DNA of 44,404 nucleotides from a virus (Duplodnaviria; Heunggongvirae; Uroviricota; Caudoviricetes): IMG/VR virus record IMGVR_UViG_2874951433_000009; one strand, 5' to 3'. Shown piece by piece: positions 19,335 to 31,278 of this stretch (position 1 is its first letter; each line of letters starts with the position of its first letter). The notes under the pieces were generated by a model. It saw only the letters and a program-made list of their open reading frames with translations, ran no database searches and was not told where the DNA came from. The position numbers and the translations under genes were made by a program.

Positions 19335-20021
19335 TTAGAAGTTCAGATTTTTCAGTGCATCCAGTGCAGAGCCCACATCCTCAGCGTCGCGCAGGGACAG
19401 TGCGCCATAGCCCCCGGCCATGAATGCTTTGGCCTGGGTACGGGAGAGTCCGACATCACGCAGGACTCTTTCGATTTTTTTCTGTTCGGGGATTTCCCCG
19501 CGGGCCAGTGCGTTCTTGACGTCGCTGATCCGCGCCTCGTCGTTAGACGGGAACGTCACCAGGCTGACTTCCCAGAGGTCGATTTCTTTCAGCAGAAAGG
19601 CTTCTTTCGTCCGGTCGTATTCCCAGTCCTTCAGGACGTACCCAATAGAAAGGCCGGTTAACGAACCGGCCTTCATGTGTGCATGTGCGCGTTTTGCCAG
19701 GGGATCATCATCAATGAGCAACCGCCCCCTGACGTAAAGCCCGACATCGTCTTCCTTCATTTCGGTGTAAACACCGATGGGTTCATCCATGCGGTGCTGC
19801 CAGAGCAGCGCAGGTAACGCTTTTCGGTCACTCCACGCCCGCAGGGAAGCAGCAAATGCCCCGGACATCACCACATCATCGTGGCTGTCCTTTACACCAA
19901 AGACGGAGCCATACCCTTCAAACTCACCGGAGTCACTGACAGATTTCAGACTCAGCGGTACATCAAGACGTTGTTTCGTCTGCATTGGCGTTATCCTTCT
20001 GCTTACCGGCTTTACTGCCAT
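19335..20021 (-). CDS. Prohead protease (HK97 family), up to 228 aa
   Basis: Position between portal and capsid genes; the annotated Met overlaps the portal 3' end so the true start is probably an internal Met. Confidence 0.75.
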   Translation of the reverse strand: MAVKPVSRRITPMQTKQRLDVPLSLKSVSDSGEFEGYGSVFGVKDSHDDVVMSGAFAASLRAWSDRKALPALLWQHRMDEPIGVYTEMKEDDVGLYVRGRLLIDDDPLAKRAHAHMKAGSLTGLSIGYVLKDWEYDRTKEAFLLKEIDLWEVSLVTFPSNDEARISDVKNALARGEIPEQKKIERVLRDVGLSRTQAKAFMAGGYGALSLRDAEDVGSALDALKNLNF

Positions 20022-21174
20022 CGGAGGGTTTCGTGGTCATGTTCATCGGTGTGAGATAGACATTCCCACCGGGACGCGGATTCATATCTTCCAGGTCGCG
20101 GCAGTCATTGGGAGAGTAAATTCCCCAGTTAATCCCGGTGGCGTAGGCTTCAAAACGGGACTTCATATCCCCGCGCAGTAACGCCCCGGCGTTAAATTTG
20201 GCGTAATAAACGCCCTGCTTACTTTTTCGTACCAGTCCGGTGTTGATCCGCTGTTCGATGCGGGTCAGATACGGCACCAGTGAATAGTTGATAAATCCGA
20301 GCCCCAGTTCTTCGATATTGTTGAAGGTGGCGCGATCGGTGTTCTGCACCATGTGCAATGGCACCCGGAACAGACGACAGATTTCTTCAAGCTGAAACTT
20401 GCGGGTTTCCAGGAACTGGCTGTCCTCTGCGTTCAACGCCATCGACTTCCAGTCCCGCCCCATCTCAAGGATCATCGGGCGGTGAGCATTGCCAAGCCCG
20501 GTGTGACGCTCCTCAAAATCTTTCTTCAGGCGCTCATAAGCCTGATCCGACAGCGTCTGCTCTGTACGCAACACACCCGACGTCACCGCGCCATTGCTGA
20601 ACAGTCTGGCCCCGTGCTCTTCGGTCGCTGCCGCCAGCGATATTGCCTCGCGGGCATAGGCGATGGGATTCAGTCCCACCAGACCGTCCAGCGTCAGCGT
20701 GCGCACATGCCAGATATCTTCCTGGCTCAGTACATCCGTGGAGCCATCCGGAAATGTGACCTGGTAAACCGGTTCCCAGCTACTGTTAAGCTTCGGTACC
20801 ACACAACCGGGATCGACGGGCAGCAGTTCAGCCACTTCGCCAAATGCTTTCACTTTGTAGGCGTAAAAATTTCCCCTCAGACACAGACAGGTGACCACCA
20901 GCTCCCATAACTCCTGCGGCGTCATATAGCTATTGGGATGCGTGGAGATCAGTTTATGCAGACGTTCGCCGGTGGCTCTCTGCTTCAGGCTGCCGTTCAG
21001 GTGATACAGATTGCAGGGCAACATCCCGACCGACTCTGCCAGCACTCTGACGCAGGAAAAAACCGCCGTCAGTCGCATGGCTCGCTGACTGCTGATCTGC
21101 TTTCCGGTATAGGTGTCGTAGGACAACCCGATGGCATCCGCCAGCTCTGCTGGCGGATGCCATCGGTGCGTCAC
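19963..21174 (-). CDS. Portal protein, HK97 family, 403 aa
   Basis: Size and sequence character; downstream of the terminase remnant and upstream of the protease. Confidence 0.85.
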   Translation of the reverse strand: MTHRWHPPAELADAIGLSYDTYTGKQISSQRAMRLTAVFSCVRVLAESVGMLPCNLYHLNGSLKQRATGERLHKLISTHPNSYMTPQELWELVVTCLCLRGNFYAYKVKAFGEVAELLPVDPGCVVPKLNSSWEPVYQVTFPDGSTDVLSQEDIWHVRTLTLDGLVGLNPIAYAREAISLAAATEEHGARLFSNGAVTSGVLRTEQTLSDQAYERLKKDFEERHTGLGNAHRPMILEMGRDWKSMALNAEDSQFLETRKFQLEEICRLFRVPLHMVQNTDRATFNNIEELGLGFINYSLVPYLTRIEQRINTGLVRKSKQGVYYAKFNAGALLRGDMKSRFEAYATGINWGIYSPNDCRDLEDMNPRPGGNVYLTPMNMTTKPSDGSKAGKQKDNANADETTS

Positions 21175-21204
21175 TTTTTCGTTGAAATAATCCCGAAAAG
21201 AACA

Positions 21205-21387
21205 CTATTTACCTCCACCAACAGACAGCTGTGTACGGTCGAGATATCGCACCACCAGCCACGACCAGAACAGGCACAACGCCCCGGCAACAACAAACCC
21301 CGCCGGGGGATAAATCAGCCAGGCACCATACGCCAGCAAAAGCGCCCCCAGCACGCCCACCAGAGGCGCGAGAATCAGCATGATCAT
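21205..21387 (-). CDS. Small hydrophobic membrane protein, 60 aa
   Basis: Two predicted TM helices ([26 protein letters not shown]...); sits between the terminase stub and the portal gene. Confidence 0.4.
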   Translation of the reverse strand: MIMLILAPLVGVLGALLLAYGAWLIYPPAGFVVAGALCLFWSWLVVRYLDRTQLSVGGGK

Positions 21388-21398
21388 AATTACCTCAG

Positions 21399-21818
21399 TT
21401 AAAGCGAGCGGATCCCATAGGACTCAATGTAGTCAGACAACGTGTCTTCTTTCTCGTACAGCATGGCTCTGCCAACCGCCATAATCAGCGCAACTGCACC
21501 ATCGATTTTGTTTTCCGCCTGCTCTTTGACGGGCTTCACCACATCATCGTTACCCGGAATGGTTTTGCCGACCACGTTGCCGATACACCAGGTCATGATG
21601 GGATTGCCATCATGATGAAAGCGCCCCGATTCAATTGCCGCTTCCAGCTCTTTCATCGGGTCGGACATGTTGGTGTAGTTCTGAATGATAGTGATGGGGT
21701 TCAGGTCTTCATCAGCAAGGTCATGTGACAACCCGGTCGCCCCGAAGGGGTCGATGGGTGACTCACTGACCGGGCTGATTTTGTTCGCCGCTTTGGCCTC
21801 CTCGAGGATGTAGCGATA
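21399..21818 (-). pseudogene. C-terminal stub of a large terminase subunit (HK97/SfV type), cut off by IS600
   Basis: ...[16 protein letters not shown]...[16 protein letters not shown]... terminase C-terminal motif; the reading frame stays open up to the IS600 terminus at 21819, so the ATPase domain and the small terminase gene are missing. Confidence 0.75.
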
Positions 21819-22655
21819 TGAGGTAGCCTGAGTTTAACGGACACTCCTTCCTGAAATAGAATGGCATCAGAAGGAGCTAATAATGAGCAGAAAAACCCAA
21901 CGTTACTCTAAAGAGTTCAAAGCCGAAGCTGTCAGAACGGTTCTTGAAAATCAACTTTCAATCAGTGAAGGCGCTTCCCGATTATCCCTTCCTGAAGGCA
22001 CTTTAGGACAATGGGTTACCGCCGCCAGAAAAGGGCTCGGTACTCCTGGTTCCCGCACGGTGGCTGAACTGGAATCTGAAATTCTGCAACTGCGTAAGGC
22101 GTTAAATGAAGCTCGCCTTGAGCGAGATATATTAAAAAAAGCAACAGCGTATTTTGCACAGGAGTCGCTGAAAAATACGCGTTAATCGAACAATGGCGAC
22201 AACAATTTCCCATTGAAGCGATGTGTCAGGTATTTGGTGTATCCAGGAGCGGTTATTACAACTGGGTACAGCATGAACCCTCAGACAGAAAACAAAGTGA
22301 TGAGCGGCTAAAACTGGAGATTAAGGTGGCACATATCCGCACTCGCGAAACATATGGAACCCGGCGGCTCCAGACGGAGCTGGCAGAGAATGGCATCATC
22401 GTTGGTCGTGACCGACTGGCACGTCTTCGTAAGGAGCTGAGGCTACGCTGTAAGCAGAAACGCAAGTTCAGAGCGACTACGAACCCGAACCACAATCTGC
22501 CAGTTGCGCCAAATCTGCTGAACCAGACGTTCGCTCCTACAGCACCAAATCAGGTCTGGGTGGCGGACCTGACGTATGTTGCCACACAGGAGGGATGGTT
22601 GTACCTCGCTGGCATCAAAGATGTTTATACGTGCGAAATTGTCGGCTACGCCATG
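21819..22655 (+). mobile_element. IS600, second copy, 3'-truncated (about nt 1-837)
   Basis: IRL tgaggtagcctgagtttaacggacac at 21819; intact orfA; orfB stops after codon 145 where an inverted IS600 fragment and IS629 begin. Confidence 0.85.
21883..22185 (+). CDS. IS600 OrfA, 100 aa
   Basis: Identical in translation to OrfA of the first IS600 copy. Confidence 0.9.
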   Translation: MSRKTQRYSKEFKAEAVRTVLENQLSISEGASRLSLPEGTLGQWVTAARKGLGTPGSRTVAELESEILQLRKALNEARLERDILKKATAYFAQESLKNTR

Positions 22656-22658
22656 TAA
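22221..22658 (+). pseudogene. IS600 orfB truncated after 145 codons
   Basis: Translation matches IS600 OrfB through ...EIVGYAM then stops at the junction. Confidence 0.85.
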
Positions 22659-22703
22659 CGTTGAACCGCCCCGGGTTTCCTGGAGAGTGTTTTATCTGTG
22701 AAC

Positions 22704-23586
<883 letters not shown>

Positions 23587-23590
<4 letters not shown>

Positions 23591-23913
23591 TTTTTCCAGA
23601 GGCGGTCGAACTCCGCCTTCGCAAAATAAGCGGAAGCCTGGCGAAGGATATCGTTACTGCGGCGCAGTTCACGATTTTCACGTTCCGGCTCTTTCAGACG
23701 CTGACGTTCAGCGGTGGTGAGCCCTCCATCACCGCCCCCGGTATCCCGCTCATGCTGGCGAACCCAGACACGCAGAGTCTCCGGCGTACAGCCAATCTTT
23801 GGGGCAATGGAACAAATTGTCGCCCATTGTGAGTCATATTCGCCCTGACTTTCCAGAACCATACGGACTGCCCGTTGACGGACTTCGGGGGAAAAACGAG
23901 TATTTTTAGTCAT
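23587..23913 (-). CDS. IS629 OrfA, 108 aa
   Basis: [43 protein letters not shown]... recognised as IS629 OrfA. Confidence 0.9.
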
Positions 23914-23967
23914 CCTGTTTACCTCTTTCTCAGGAAGTTTAGTCTCCAGGATTCCCGGGGCGGTTCA

Positions 23968-24051
23968 CGTTGGGTTTTTCTGCTCATTATTAGCTCCTTC
24001 TGATGCCATTCTATTTCAGGAAGGAGTGTCCGTTAAACTCAGGCTACCTCA
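23968..24051 (-). mobile_element. IS600 left-end fragment (about nt 1-84), inverted, target of the IS629 insertion
   Basis: rc matches IS600 IRL through the first codons of orfA (tgaggtagcctgagtttaacgg...atgagcagaaaaacccaacg); continues on the other side of IS629 as taacgt at 22656-22661. Confidence 0.8.
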
Positions 24052-25769
24052 ACTCTCTTTTCAATAGGGTCAAGGTTTTTCATCCCGCCAAGATCTTCTT
24101 CCACCTGTTTGAGCATTGACCTTGTTGATGGCGCATCAATTTTTGCACCTGCAGGCATCGCCTTTTCAACATTGCGATAAAGCTGGTCGCTTCGTTTCAT
24201 CAGCGCAGACATTCTTCCATTGACCGTATCAATAAACTTGTCGCTCATACCAAGAGCATCTTTTGCACCGGAAACGCGATCAATTATCTCACCCGCGCCC
24301 TGTGCTAGCTGCCTGATTGCTTCATTTTCCTGCACCTGTAGAGCAGAACCCGCACGGGACTTGATTGCTTGCTCAACTGCCTTGTATTGCTCGTTCCCGG
24401 AAAAGTGTGAAGGGAGTAATGAATCAACATTAAGCCTTTCAGCAGACTCCAGAACTTCAGCCTGAGGATTGATATCTAGTTCATCAAGCGATGAAGCGAG
24501 ATTTGGCCTTTTTTGTGCTGCTACTGTGCGAACGACTTCCTCTGGGTTCTTCGTCGCAGGCGTCATTGGTACACCTTGTGCTACTCTTGCCTCTGCGGCA
24601 TGAACCGCAGGATTTGTTGCTGCAGCGGCATCACCGGAGAATGGTGATGTTTCTGTTGGCGCAGTGGTCGCTCTCTGTGCAGATGTTTTATTGCCACTAA
24701 TTATATTTGATGCACCACGAACACCACGGGTAACGCCATTTATCAGGCCATGCGTAGCAATGCTAAGTCCGGCATTAATAGCGGCATTTTCGGCAAAATC
24801 ACCCCGTTGATTCGCCGCGTCAGCGAGAGAACCAATGACCATGTTTCCAGCTACACCTGCTCCAGGAACAAGATAACCGCCTATTGACTCTCCAGCTTGC
24901 GCGTAGGGGTCTGTCGGTCTGTCTACTGGACGATAAACATCATCCAATACTTTTGGCCCCCCAAGCCCCTGACTGATTGCATTAATCAGACTTGCGCCAC
25001 CCTGCAATACGTCAAATGGTATGTTTACCAGACCACGACCAGCCTGTTCTGCAATTTGCCCTGCACTTTGACCACCAGTGAGCCAATCGCCAGCTTGTTG
25101 CATCAATGATGGTTCTTCCCGTGTTGGTGCATTATTGGCCTGATTAACTGTTTGTTGCTGAACAGGTTTCGGTGCGACAGAACTTACGGGTTGAGGTGGC
25201 TGCTGACTGGCTGCCTGCTGCTCAATCTGAGCAAATGGATTATTTGGGTCTGACTGCACACCTGATGCCGATACTTGTTCGGATGACTGTACTTCCAGTT
25301 GTGCAAACGGGTTGTTAGGGTCTTGCTGAGGATGTACCTTTGCAGAGGTGGCGCGCTGTTCGACTGTTGAGTCTGTCACCGGGTCACCCGCCCATTGAGC
25401 AAAGCGATCATCAACGTAACCGCGGCCTTCAGGTCCTGGCGTATATTCACCACGCTTTGCCTTCATAACGTTGCCGGGACCGTCGTGATAAGCCTGAAGA
25501 GCGTCACGCCAGTTACCAAACTGCTGGTACATCTTTGCCAGATAGCGCGCGCCAGCGTCAGCCTGATATTCGGGGTTTTGCATTTGCTCATCGGTATAAC
25601 CCATATCACGCCATGTCCCAGGCATGACCTGAGTCAATCCTACAGCCCCGGCGGAGCTTACTGCGGCAGGGTTGTAAGAAGACTCCTTGGCACCCAGTGC
25701 AGTCATCAACCCTTCTGGCACACCGTAACGTGCGCCAGCCTGCTCTAACAAATCACGGTAATTAGCCAT
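24039..25769 (-). CDS. P22 gp16-like ejection protein with N-terminal lytic transglycosylase domain, 576 codons, C-terminus replaced by IS600 sequence
   Basis: SLT-type motif ...[24 protein letters not shown]...; follows the gp7-like and gp20-like genes; the last codons and the stop lie inside the IS600 end fragment. Confidence 0.7.
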   Translation of the reverse strand: MANYRDLLEQAGARYGVPEGLMTALGAKESSYNPAAVSSAGAVGLTQVMPGTWRDMGYTDEQMQNPEYQADAGARYLAKMYQQFGNWRDALQAYHDGPGNVMKAKRGEYTPGPEGRGYVDDRFAQWAGDPVTDSTVEQRATSAKVHPQQDPNNPFAQLEVQSSEQVSASGVQSDPNNPFAQIEQQAASQQPPQPVSSVAPKPVQQQTVNQANNAPTREEPSLMQQAGDWLTGGQSAGQIAEQAGRGLVNIPFDVLQGGASLINAISQGLGGPKVLDDVYRPVDRPTDPYAQAGESIGGYLVPGAGVAGNMVIGSLADAANQRGDFAENAAINAGLSIATHGLINGVTRGVRGASNIISGNKTSAQRATTAPTETSPFSGDAAAATNPAVHAAEARVAQGVPMTPATKNPEEVVRTVAAQKRPNLASSLDELDINPQAEVLESAERLNVDSLLPSHFSGNEQYKAVEQAIKSRAGSALQVQENEAIRQLAQGAGEIIDRVSGAKDALGMSDKFIDTVNGRMSALMKRSDQLYRNVEKAMPAGAKIDAPSTRSMLKQVEEDLGGMKNLDPIEKRVEVA

Positions 25770-27101
25770 TTACTGCCCCAAAGATGGAAGATATCCGTAG
25801 CGATTAATGAAGTCGATTGACAGCTCGGGGTGCTGCTTCAGGTAATCTATAGAAGCCTGAGGCGCTTCCACTCGCTTGATACCGTTTTGCTGAACGTACT
25901 TACCAACCGCCTCATTACGCTTCTGGTTGAGCGTGTTCAGGATGACGCCAGCGTTGCGACGAAAGGACTCCTCGCTCTGCGAGTTCTGCAGCGAACCAAC
26001 AGCCTGGTCGAGCTTTTTGCCCTCGGCATCAGAAAGTGCGCCCATGCCTCGCATGGCCTGAACCGCTGTCAGGTATGCTTGGGATTTAAAGGTATCAAGT
26101 CGTGCCTGAGTGTCTGCAGCCTGTGAGCCTGGAACGTTGGGGATTACTCCACGTAAGCCTGTAATGCTCTTAAGTGAAGGAGAACTAACGATATCGTTCA
26201 GAGTGAACATGCTGGTTGTGAGGGTGTTGATGCCGTCTTTGTAGCCATCATTTAGCGCTTGCTGCTTCTGCTGCAACTGCTGATTGTTGGCTGCTATGCG
26301 GCTCTGTATTTCCTGGCGCTTCAGGTCGTTAGTTTCTGCTGATAGCATCCGGTCAAGGCGCTTATTTTCGTTGTTAATGCGGTTTGTTTCTGCGTCCAGA
26401 TTAATGCGCTGCTGACCTAAATTCGCCTGGATATCTTGCCCGCGCATTGTGATTGCCTGATTCCGAGCGGCGGTTTGCGAATCCAGGTCCTGACCGCGCA
26501 TGGTAACTTGGCGACCCTGCATTTTATCCTGTAGGTCAAAGTATTTTTCGGGCCCGAGACTGTTCATCCCCAGGTGATCGACAAATTCGCCGAACTGCCG
26601 CGGGTTCTGTTGGTACATCTGAGCGACGTCCTGAGGATTAACGCCAACACGAGCTAACTCACCGGCGTTGTTTTGCAGCCATGATTGCATTGCTTCTGGA
26701 GACGATGACGCAAGGCGTGCGCCAGCCGCTAAGGTGCCGATAGAATTACGCTGGTCTTCATCAATGAATCCCATGCCTTTACGAACGGATTCAATCTGGT
26801 CTGGATATTGAGTAGCCAACTGACGCAAAGCACCGCGATCACCAGACGCATAAGCATTAGCGTACGCCTGCTGAAATTCTTTCTGCCGCTGAGCCTGCTT
26901 TTCCTGCTGAAAAACACCCGCAATACCTGAAAGACCTTGCAAAGCAGTCAGCCCAACATTGTTAGCGCCTGAACGCTCAATATCATTGTTCTGCCTGATA
27001 AGCTGAAGCGTATTGCCGATGTCATTTACGTTCGGAGCGTTTGAGTTGACGCCGCCGATACCAGCCAATAATCCGCCATTTGATCCTTGCCAAGTAGCCA
27101 T
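25770..27101 (-). CDS. P22 gp20-like ejection protein, 443 aa
   Basis: Gln/Asn-rich coiled-coil protein; gene order gp7-gp20-gp16. Confidence 0.7.
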   Translation of the reverse strand: MATWQGSNGGLLAGIGGVNSNAPNVNDIGNTLQLIRQNNDIERSGANNVGLTALQGLSGIAGVFQQEKQAQRQKEFQQAYANAYASGDRGALRQLATQYPDQIESVRKGMGFIDEDQRNSIGTLAAGARLASSSPEAMQSWLQNNAGELARVGVNPQDVAQMYQQNPRQFGEFVDHLGMNSLGPEKYFDLQDKMQGRQVTMRGQDLDSQTAARNQAITMRGQDIQANLGQQRINLDAETNRINNENKRLDRMLSAETNDLKRQEIQSRIAANNQQLQQKQQALNDGYKDGINTLTTSMFTLNDIVSSPSLKSITGLRGVIPNVPGSQAADTQARLDTFKSQAYLTAVQAMRGMGALSDAEGKKLDQAVGSLQNSQSEESFRRNAGVILNTLNQKRNEAVGKYVQQNGIKRVEAPQASIDYLKQHPELSIDFINRYGYLPSLGQ

Positions 27102-27110
27102 GATTACCCC

Positions 27111-27803
27111 TTAAAACAACGAGCCAAGCAATCCGATACCAGCACCAATGCCAGCGCCCCAAGGTGTTGATGTTCCCAAAAGGCTGGCAAGACCTGCACC
27201 GGCAATCGCACCAGACGTTCCGCCACTAATTGCTGTCTGAAGACTTGATGGTTTGTTGGCATTAGCAGCGGCAAGAGCTGCGCTTTGCTGTGCAATGCTG
27301 CTCATGTTGTTGGCGTATGTCTGCCCGGCGTTTGCCTGACCTTGCAGCGCACCAAGCCCAACGTTTGCCAGATTGTTGTAATTGCTCATCTGATTTGATA
27401 ACCAAGACTGACCGAGTGTCGGCGCGATCGTAGCCAGTTGATTGCTTGTGGCTGTCGAACCAAGTCCACCCGTCGCCTCCGCAGCAGCAAGACTCTGGTA
27501 ACGAGCCTGACCTGCAAGGTCTTTATACTGCTGAGAGTTGTAATACTGATTAAGTGCCTGCCCCTGACCTTCTAAACTGGAAAGGTTCTGAAGCTGGTTA
27601 ACATACTGCTCCGCAAGAGGCGTGAACGGAGCAAGGTTTTTCATGATCGTCTGCCACTGCTGATTTTGCAGGTCTGCGGCATACTTCTGAGCTTCTGCTG
27701 CATACTTTGCGCTTTTATCAGAGCTGCCACCTTTCCCGCCTTTTTCAGGGCAATAAGGTTCCTCGCCGCGCAGTTTTCTGCCCAGCTTAAATGCATATAA
27801 CAT
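27111..27803 (-). CDS. P22 gp7-like ejection protein, 230 aa
   Basis: Gly/Ala-rich hydrophobic C-terminus; size and position. Confidence 0.7.
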   Translation of the reverse strand: MLYAFKLGRKLRGEEPYCPEKGGKGGSSDKSAKYAAEAQKYAADLQNQQWQTIMKNLAPFTPLAEQYVNQLQNLSSLEGQGQALNQYYNSQQYKDLAGQARYQSLAAAEATGGLGSTATSNQLATIAPTLGQSWLSNQMSNYNNLANVGLGALQGQANAGQTYANNMSSIAQQSAALAAANANKPSSLQTAISGGTSGAIAGAGLASLLGTSTPWGAGIGAGIGLLGSLF

Positions 27804-27805
27804 GG

Positions 27806-28261
27806 CTATCTCCCGTGATTCAGGAAGTCGATTAGTTCTTCGCGTGTGGCGCTGTAAAACGTCACGTCATCCACGCCTTTGAAGTATTTCTTGATGGTTC
27901 CTACACGCTTAAGGCCAACCATTGCGCAGTACATCTGACCGTGGCGGAATTTGCGTGCAGCGAACGATGTGACGCACTGAACGGTGGTGTTAGTCAGAAT
28001 GTATCGCCAGAACGACAGCCCGATTTCCTTGCTGAAGCCGCGAATCTCTGGCAGGTACATGGCGTGGCAATCGAATGCCAGCGGCTGAATTTCCTGATAG
28101 TAAACAATGCCGCCGAACTGCCCGTGCACGTTCACCTCAAAGTAACGGCAATCAGGTTTGTAGTCGTATCCATCACCGTTGTTGCTCCCGGCGATAATGT
28201 CAGGGTGATTTCCTACTGCTTCGATCAGGTCGATGTTTCGCGTTGGTTTGAACTGAATCAT
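27806..28261 (-). CDS. P22 gp14-like head assembly/ejection-associated protein, 151 aa
   Basis: Position between the needle gene and the gp7-like gene. Confidence 0.55.
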   Translation of the reverse strand: MIQFKPTRNIDLIEAVGNHPDIIAGSNNGDGYDYKPDCRYFEVNVHGQFGGIVYYQEIQPLAFDCHAMYLPEIRGFSKEIGLSFWRYILTNTTVQCVTSFAARKFRHGQMYCAMVGLKRVGTIKKYFKGVDDVTFYSATREELIDFLNHGR

Positions 28262-29109
28262 TACTGCTCCGCGATTATCTTGATGGTTGTGGCAGTAAAC
28301 GCCGCACCATTTGACTGAATGGTTAACGTGCTGCCATTTGCGGCAAGAAATCCGTCTTTATCCACGCTGAAGAACGTAGCTAACAGGATGTTATCGGTTG
28401 TTGTCGCCGAGTTGCGACTGCTTACCAGCGTGTCAGGAACAGCGCCGGAAAAGGTTAGCTGCATTGACCTGTTGGCGGTTCCGCTGGGCCACGTCCCGAC
28501 AATCGACAGCTTGAAGAACAGGGTTTTGTTCTCGTTGAACACAACCATCTTGTTGTTAACGGTGTCGAAGAATGGTGTCAACGAGCCGGATGACGGCGTG
28601 AGCGTTTTCAGCAGGCTAACAAGGTTGGTCGGCGCTGTCGGGATAGTTACTGATACGCCAGAGTAAACAACCTCTGACTTCTTGCGAGTAGTGGCATACT
28701 CCAGAGCATCGATGCGCGTTTCATGGTCTGAAACCTGCGATTCCAGCGACTGAACTCTGGTATCAAGCGACGCAATATCGCTTTCATTCTGAGCGATTCG
28801 CGTTTCATGTTCCTGAAGAGTTGATTCTGCCTGGCTGATTCGCTCCTCATGATTAACAAGCGTTGCTTCCGCAGCAGAAATTCGCTGCTCATGGTCAGCG
28901 AGAATCACATCCTGCTCATCGTTCCTGACCTGTGCATCATAAGCGCCCTGTCCGGCCTCGTTGGCCTTGTTAGCCACATTACCAACATCAGTGCCCTGTG
29001 CGATAACGTAAAGCAGATACGACTGCGAGAAGATATTGCGTGGAAGGACTGATGTGTCGAGCCGTGTGGCCTGAATGATTACCGGCACATTGAGATTCGA
29101 ATCCGCCAT
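28261..29109 (-). CDS. Tail needle protein (P22 gp26-like N-terminus with extended C-terminal knob-type domain), 282 aa
   Basis: N-terminus [43 protein letters not shown]... closely resembles P22 gp26; heptad-repeat trimeric coiled coil; C-terminal about 110 aa globular. Confidence 0.85.
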   Translation of the reverse strand: MADSNLNVPVIIQATRLDTSVLPRNIFSQSYLLYVIAQGTDVGNVANKANEAGQGAYDAQVRNDEQDVILADHEQRISAAEATLVNHEERISQAESTLQEHETRIAQNESDIASLDTRVQSLESQVSDHETRIDALEYATTRKKSEVVYSGVSVTIPTAPTNLVSLLKTLTPSSGSLTPFFDTVNNKMVVFNENKTLFFKLSIVGTWPSGTANRSMQLTFSGAVPDTLVSSRNSATTTDNILLATFFSVDKDGFLAANGSTLTIQSNGAAFTATTIKIIAEQ

Positions 29110-30527
29110 TACTCAATCCTTATCTGAGCGCCAGACAGAGTGACAGGTGACTTAGTGATAACACGCAATTTGAAGCCGACATTTTTCCTGATGCGCCCGA
29201 CACGCTTCCACAAAACGCGTTTGTCGTAAACGAACGGTTCATTCTGCTCAATCATCTGCTCACGCCCGTAATTTATGCCGTCAGTGGTTGCAGAGAGAAA
29301 AAGGCGGTCAGCATACTGCGCAACGCCAGTTGACGATTCAACCTCAAGGTCGAACACTCTGGCGTTATCCGCTTTGAACAGTGGAGTAAACAGCAGGTGT
29401 TCCTGTTGCTTGTCGTACTGGCTGCTGATGTCGAATTGCAATTTCCCGGTCACGGACTCCAGCTTATCGCCGCACGTTATCTGATTGCCTTCGTAAATGA
29501 AGTCGATAGCGCGGTACACATCGTCATACAGGCCTGTTTTCAGCACACACCATTGCGGACCATTGGCGCTTGAAGATGCGTCGTACACGAGAACATGGCG
29601 CGCAAGATGGATAATCAGCAATTCATGAGCATCAAACCGCAACGATTCCATCACGCCATCAGCCAGTTCATCAGCGGTGTAGGAGCGGAGGATTTTCTCA
29701 ATGCTCGCGCTGGCGATTGGTGATACCTGACCGGAGCCGATGATATATACAGACGGCGCACCTGTTGCCGGATTGCTGATGAACGCATAAGAATCAGCGA
29801 ATGGCGTTTTGCAGTAAGTCCCGGCAATGCCTTTCTGCACCATCAGCGATGGCTGTGCGACATACAAAGCGGCACCAACGGTGGTTGCACCCGTCAGGGA
29901 GAAATATTCAATCGTCGATGAGCCAAAGCAGACGATGAAGTCTCGCCATGTTCCGATGCCGATGATGCCGTCCGGCTGAGATTCTGCGCGATATTGTGCG
30001 CTGTAACGGTCAGGATGCGATTCGTCTTCAAGGTCAGTGATAAACCATGAATCAGTGCCGTCTTTTGACCACGCATAACGCCCACGTAAGCGTGTAATGT
30101 CGCGGACTGAACCTAACTCATACTGAGTAAATCCACTGTCTGCAGGCCAGTTTGAGACGGTTTTAACCGTGCCATCATAGCGATACTCGACCAGTTGACC
30201 ATTAACGCCTACCGCCTGAGATGTTCGACCATGCGCCATTGATACGCGACCACTTCCGGCAACATCACCGACTTCACTTTCGCCTTTGTACAGCTTGCCA
30301 CCACACACGCGATAAACAGCATTTTGTGCCATGTTGTACTCGACGCCGCGAGATACACCGTTCACATCAGAGCGTTTGGCAATGCCAGGGAATGAGCGAA
30401 GATATCCGCTGCTGTTCAGGATTTCTTTGGGTGTAGCCAGCATATTCACTGGCAGATAGTCGATATAGTCAGCGTTTCGAAAGTCTTTGCCGACACCTTT
30501 CATAAGCGGAAGTTGCTGAATCGGCAT
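29109..30527 (-). CDS. P22 gp10-like tail accessory protein, 472 aa
   Basis: Size identical to the P22 gp10 class; gene order gp4-gp10-gp26. Confidence 0.8.
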   Translation of the reverse strand: MPIQQLPLMKGVGKDFRNADYIDYLPVNMLATPKEILNSSGYLRSFPGIAKRSDVNGVSRGVEYNMAQNAVYRVCGGKLYKGESEVGDVAGSGRVSMAHGRTSQAVGVNGQLVEYRYDGTVKTVSNWPADSGFTQYELGSVRDITRLRGRYAWSKDGTDSWFITDLEDESHPDRYSAQYRAESQPDGIIGIGTWRDFIVCFGSSTIEYFSLTGATTVGAALYVAQPSLMVQKGIAGTYCKTPFADSYAFISNPATGAPSVYIIGSGQVSPIASASIEKILRSYTADELADGVMESLRFDAHELLIIHLARHVLVYDASSSANGPQWCVLKTGLYDDVYRAIDFIYEGNQITCGDKLESVTGKLQFDISSQYDKQQEHLLFTPLFKADNARVFDLEVESSTGVAQYADRLFLSATTDGINYGREQMIEQNEPFVYDKRVLWKRVGRIRKNVGFKLRVITKSPVTLSGAQIRIE

Positions 30528-31028
30528 TTATTCGCTCCCGTTATCGCAAGGTTCCTTCCGGTGGAAGTAATTCCAACCGTTCCACTTCGCCAACTGATTA
30601 CCGCTACCAACAGGCATACGGTTTGGATAACCGGACTTACATTTAGCTGCTTTTGCCCTGTCCATTGCAGACAGTTTGACGAGTCGCTCTTTCCCGTATC
30701 TGGCAGTGGTTATAAGTTTTGCAGACGCTTCCAGCGCATAATCCGGAGCAATTCGGCAGGCAAGGTTGAAAATGACGGCATTGATAGCGTTATTTGATAA
30801 ACCGTGCTCATCGCCCGGATCCGGAGCAACATCTGCATCAGCAAAAATGTAGCCAACGTTGATACCAGGTGACGCATCACCGCCAAGCCATTCAGCCATC
30901 ATCATTTCAAGGTCGTTGACGCCGTCTTCCATAGACTGCGGTTCGACATCGGTTAACGTGGCATTTGATGCAACACCGAGCTTACGTAATGCCGCAAGAA
31001 CTAAATCACCCTTCGTTGTCAGGTTCAT
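30528..31028 (-). CDS. P22 gp4-like tail accessory protein, about 166 aa
   Basis: ...[43 protein letters not shown]... resembles P22 gp4; start taken at the internal Met (MNLTTKGD). Confidence 0.8.
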   Translation of the reverse strand: MNLTTKGDLVLAALRKLGVASNATLTDVEPQSMEDGVNDLEMMMAEWLGGDASPGINVGYIFADADVAPDPGDEHGLSNNAINAVIFNLACRIAPDYALEASAKLITTARYGKERLVKLSAMDRAKAAKCKSGYPNRMPVGSGNQLAKWNGWNYFHRKEPCDNGSE

Positions 31029-31278
31029 CTGCTGCCGCCTTAGGTTTTCGACCAGGCTTTTTACGCTGTTTTTCTTCTGGCTCTGCAACATCCTTCAAAA
31101 GGTCATCAGGATGTGAAAACCAGCCAGCATCCAGATATTCCTGAAGCTCTTCGGCTTTCACGATTTCAAAGTCGTAGCCAACGCCTTTCCACTTCTTCAT
31201 GTCGCCATGACGAAAGATCATGTGTGTCATGCTTGTCTCCAGATAAAAACGGGAGCCGAAGCTCCCTCTGGTTATCAC
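31006..31278 (-). CDS. Small conserved protein between coat and gp4, about 73-90 aa
   Basis: ORF with start overlapping the coat stop; basic Pro/Lys-rich C-terminus. Confidence 0.45.
   Translation of the reverse strand: MITRGSFGSRFYLETSMTHMIFRHGDMKKWKGVGYDFEIVKAEELQEYLDAGWFSHPDDLLKDVAEPEEKQRKKPGRKPKAAADEPDNEG

Noticed and set aside
6583-21402. Numerous plus-strand ORFs (60-196 codons) antisense to the tail and head genes
   Set aside because: All are embedded antisense within long, family-supported minus-strand structural genes in a GC-rich region where spurious antisense ORFs are expected.
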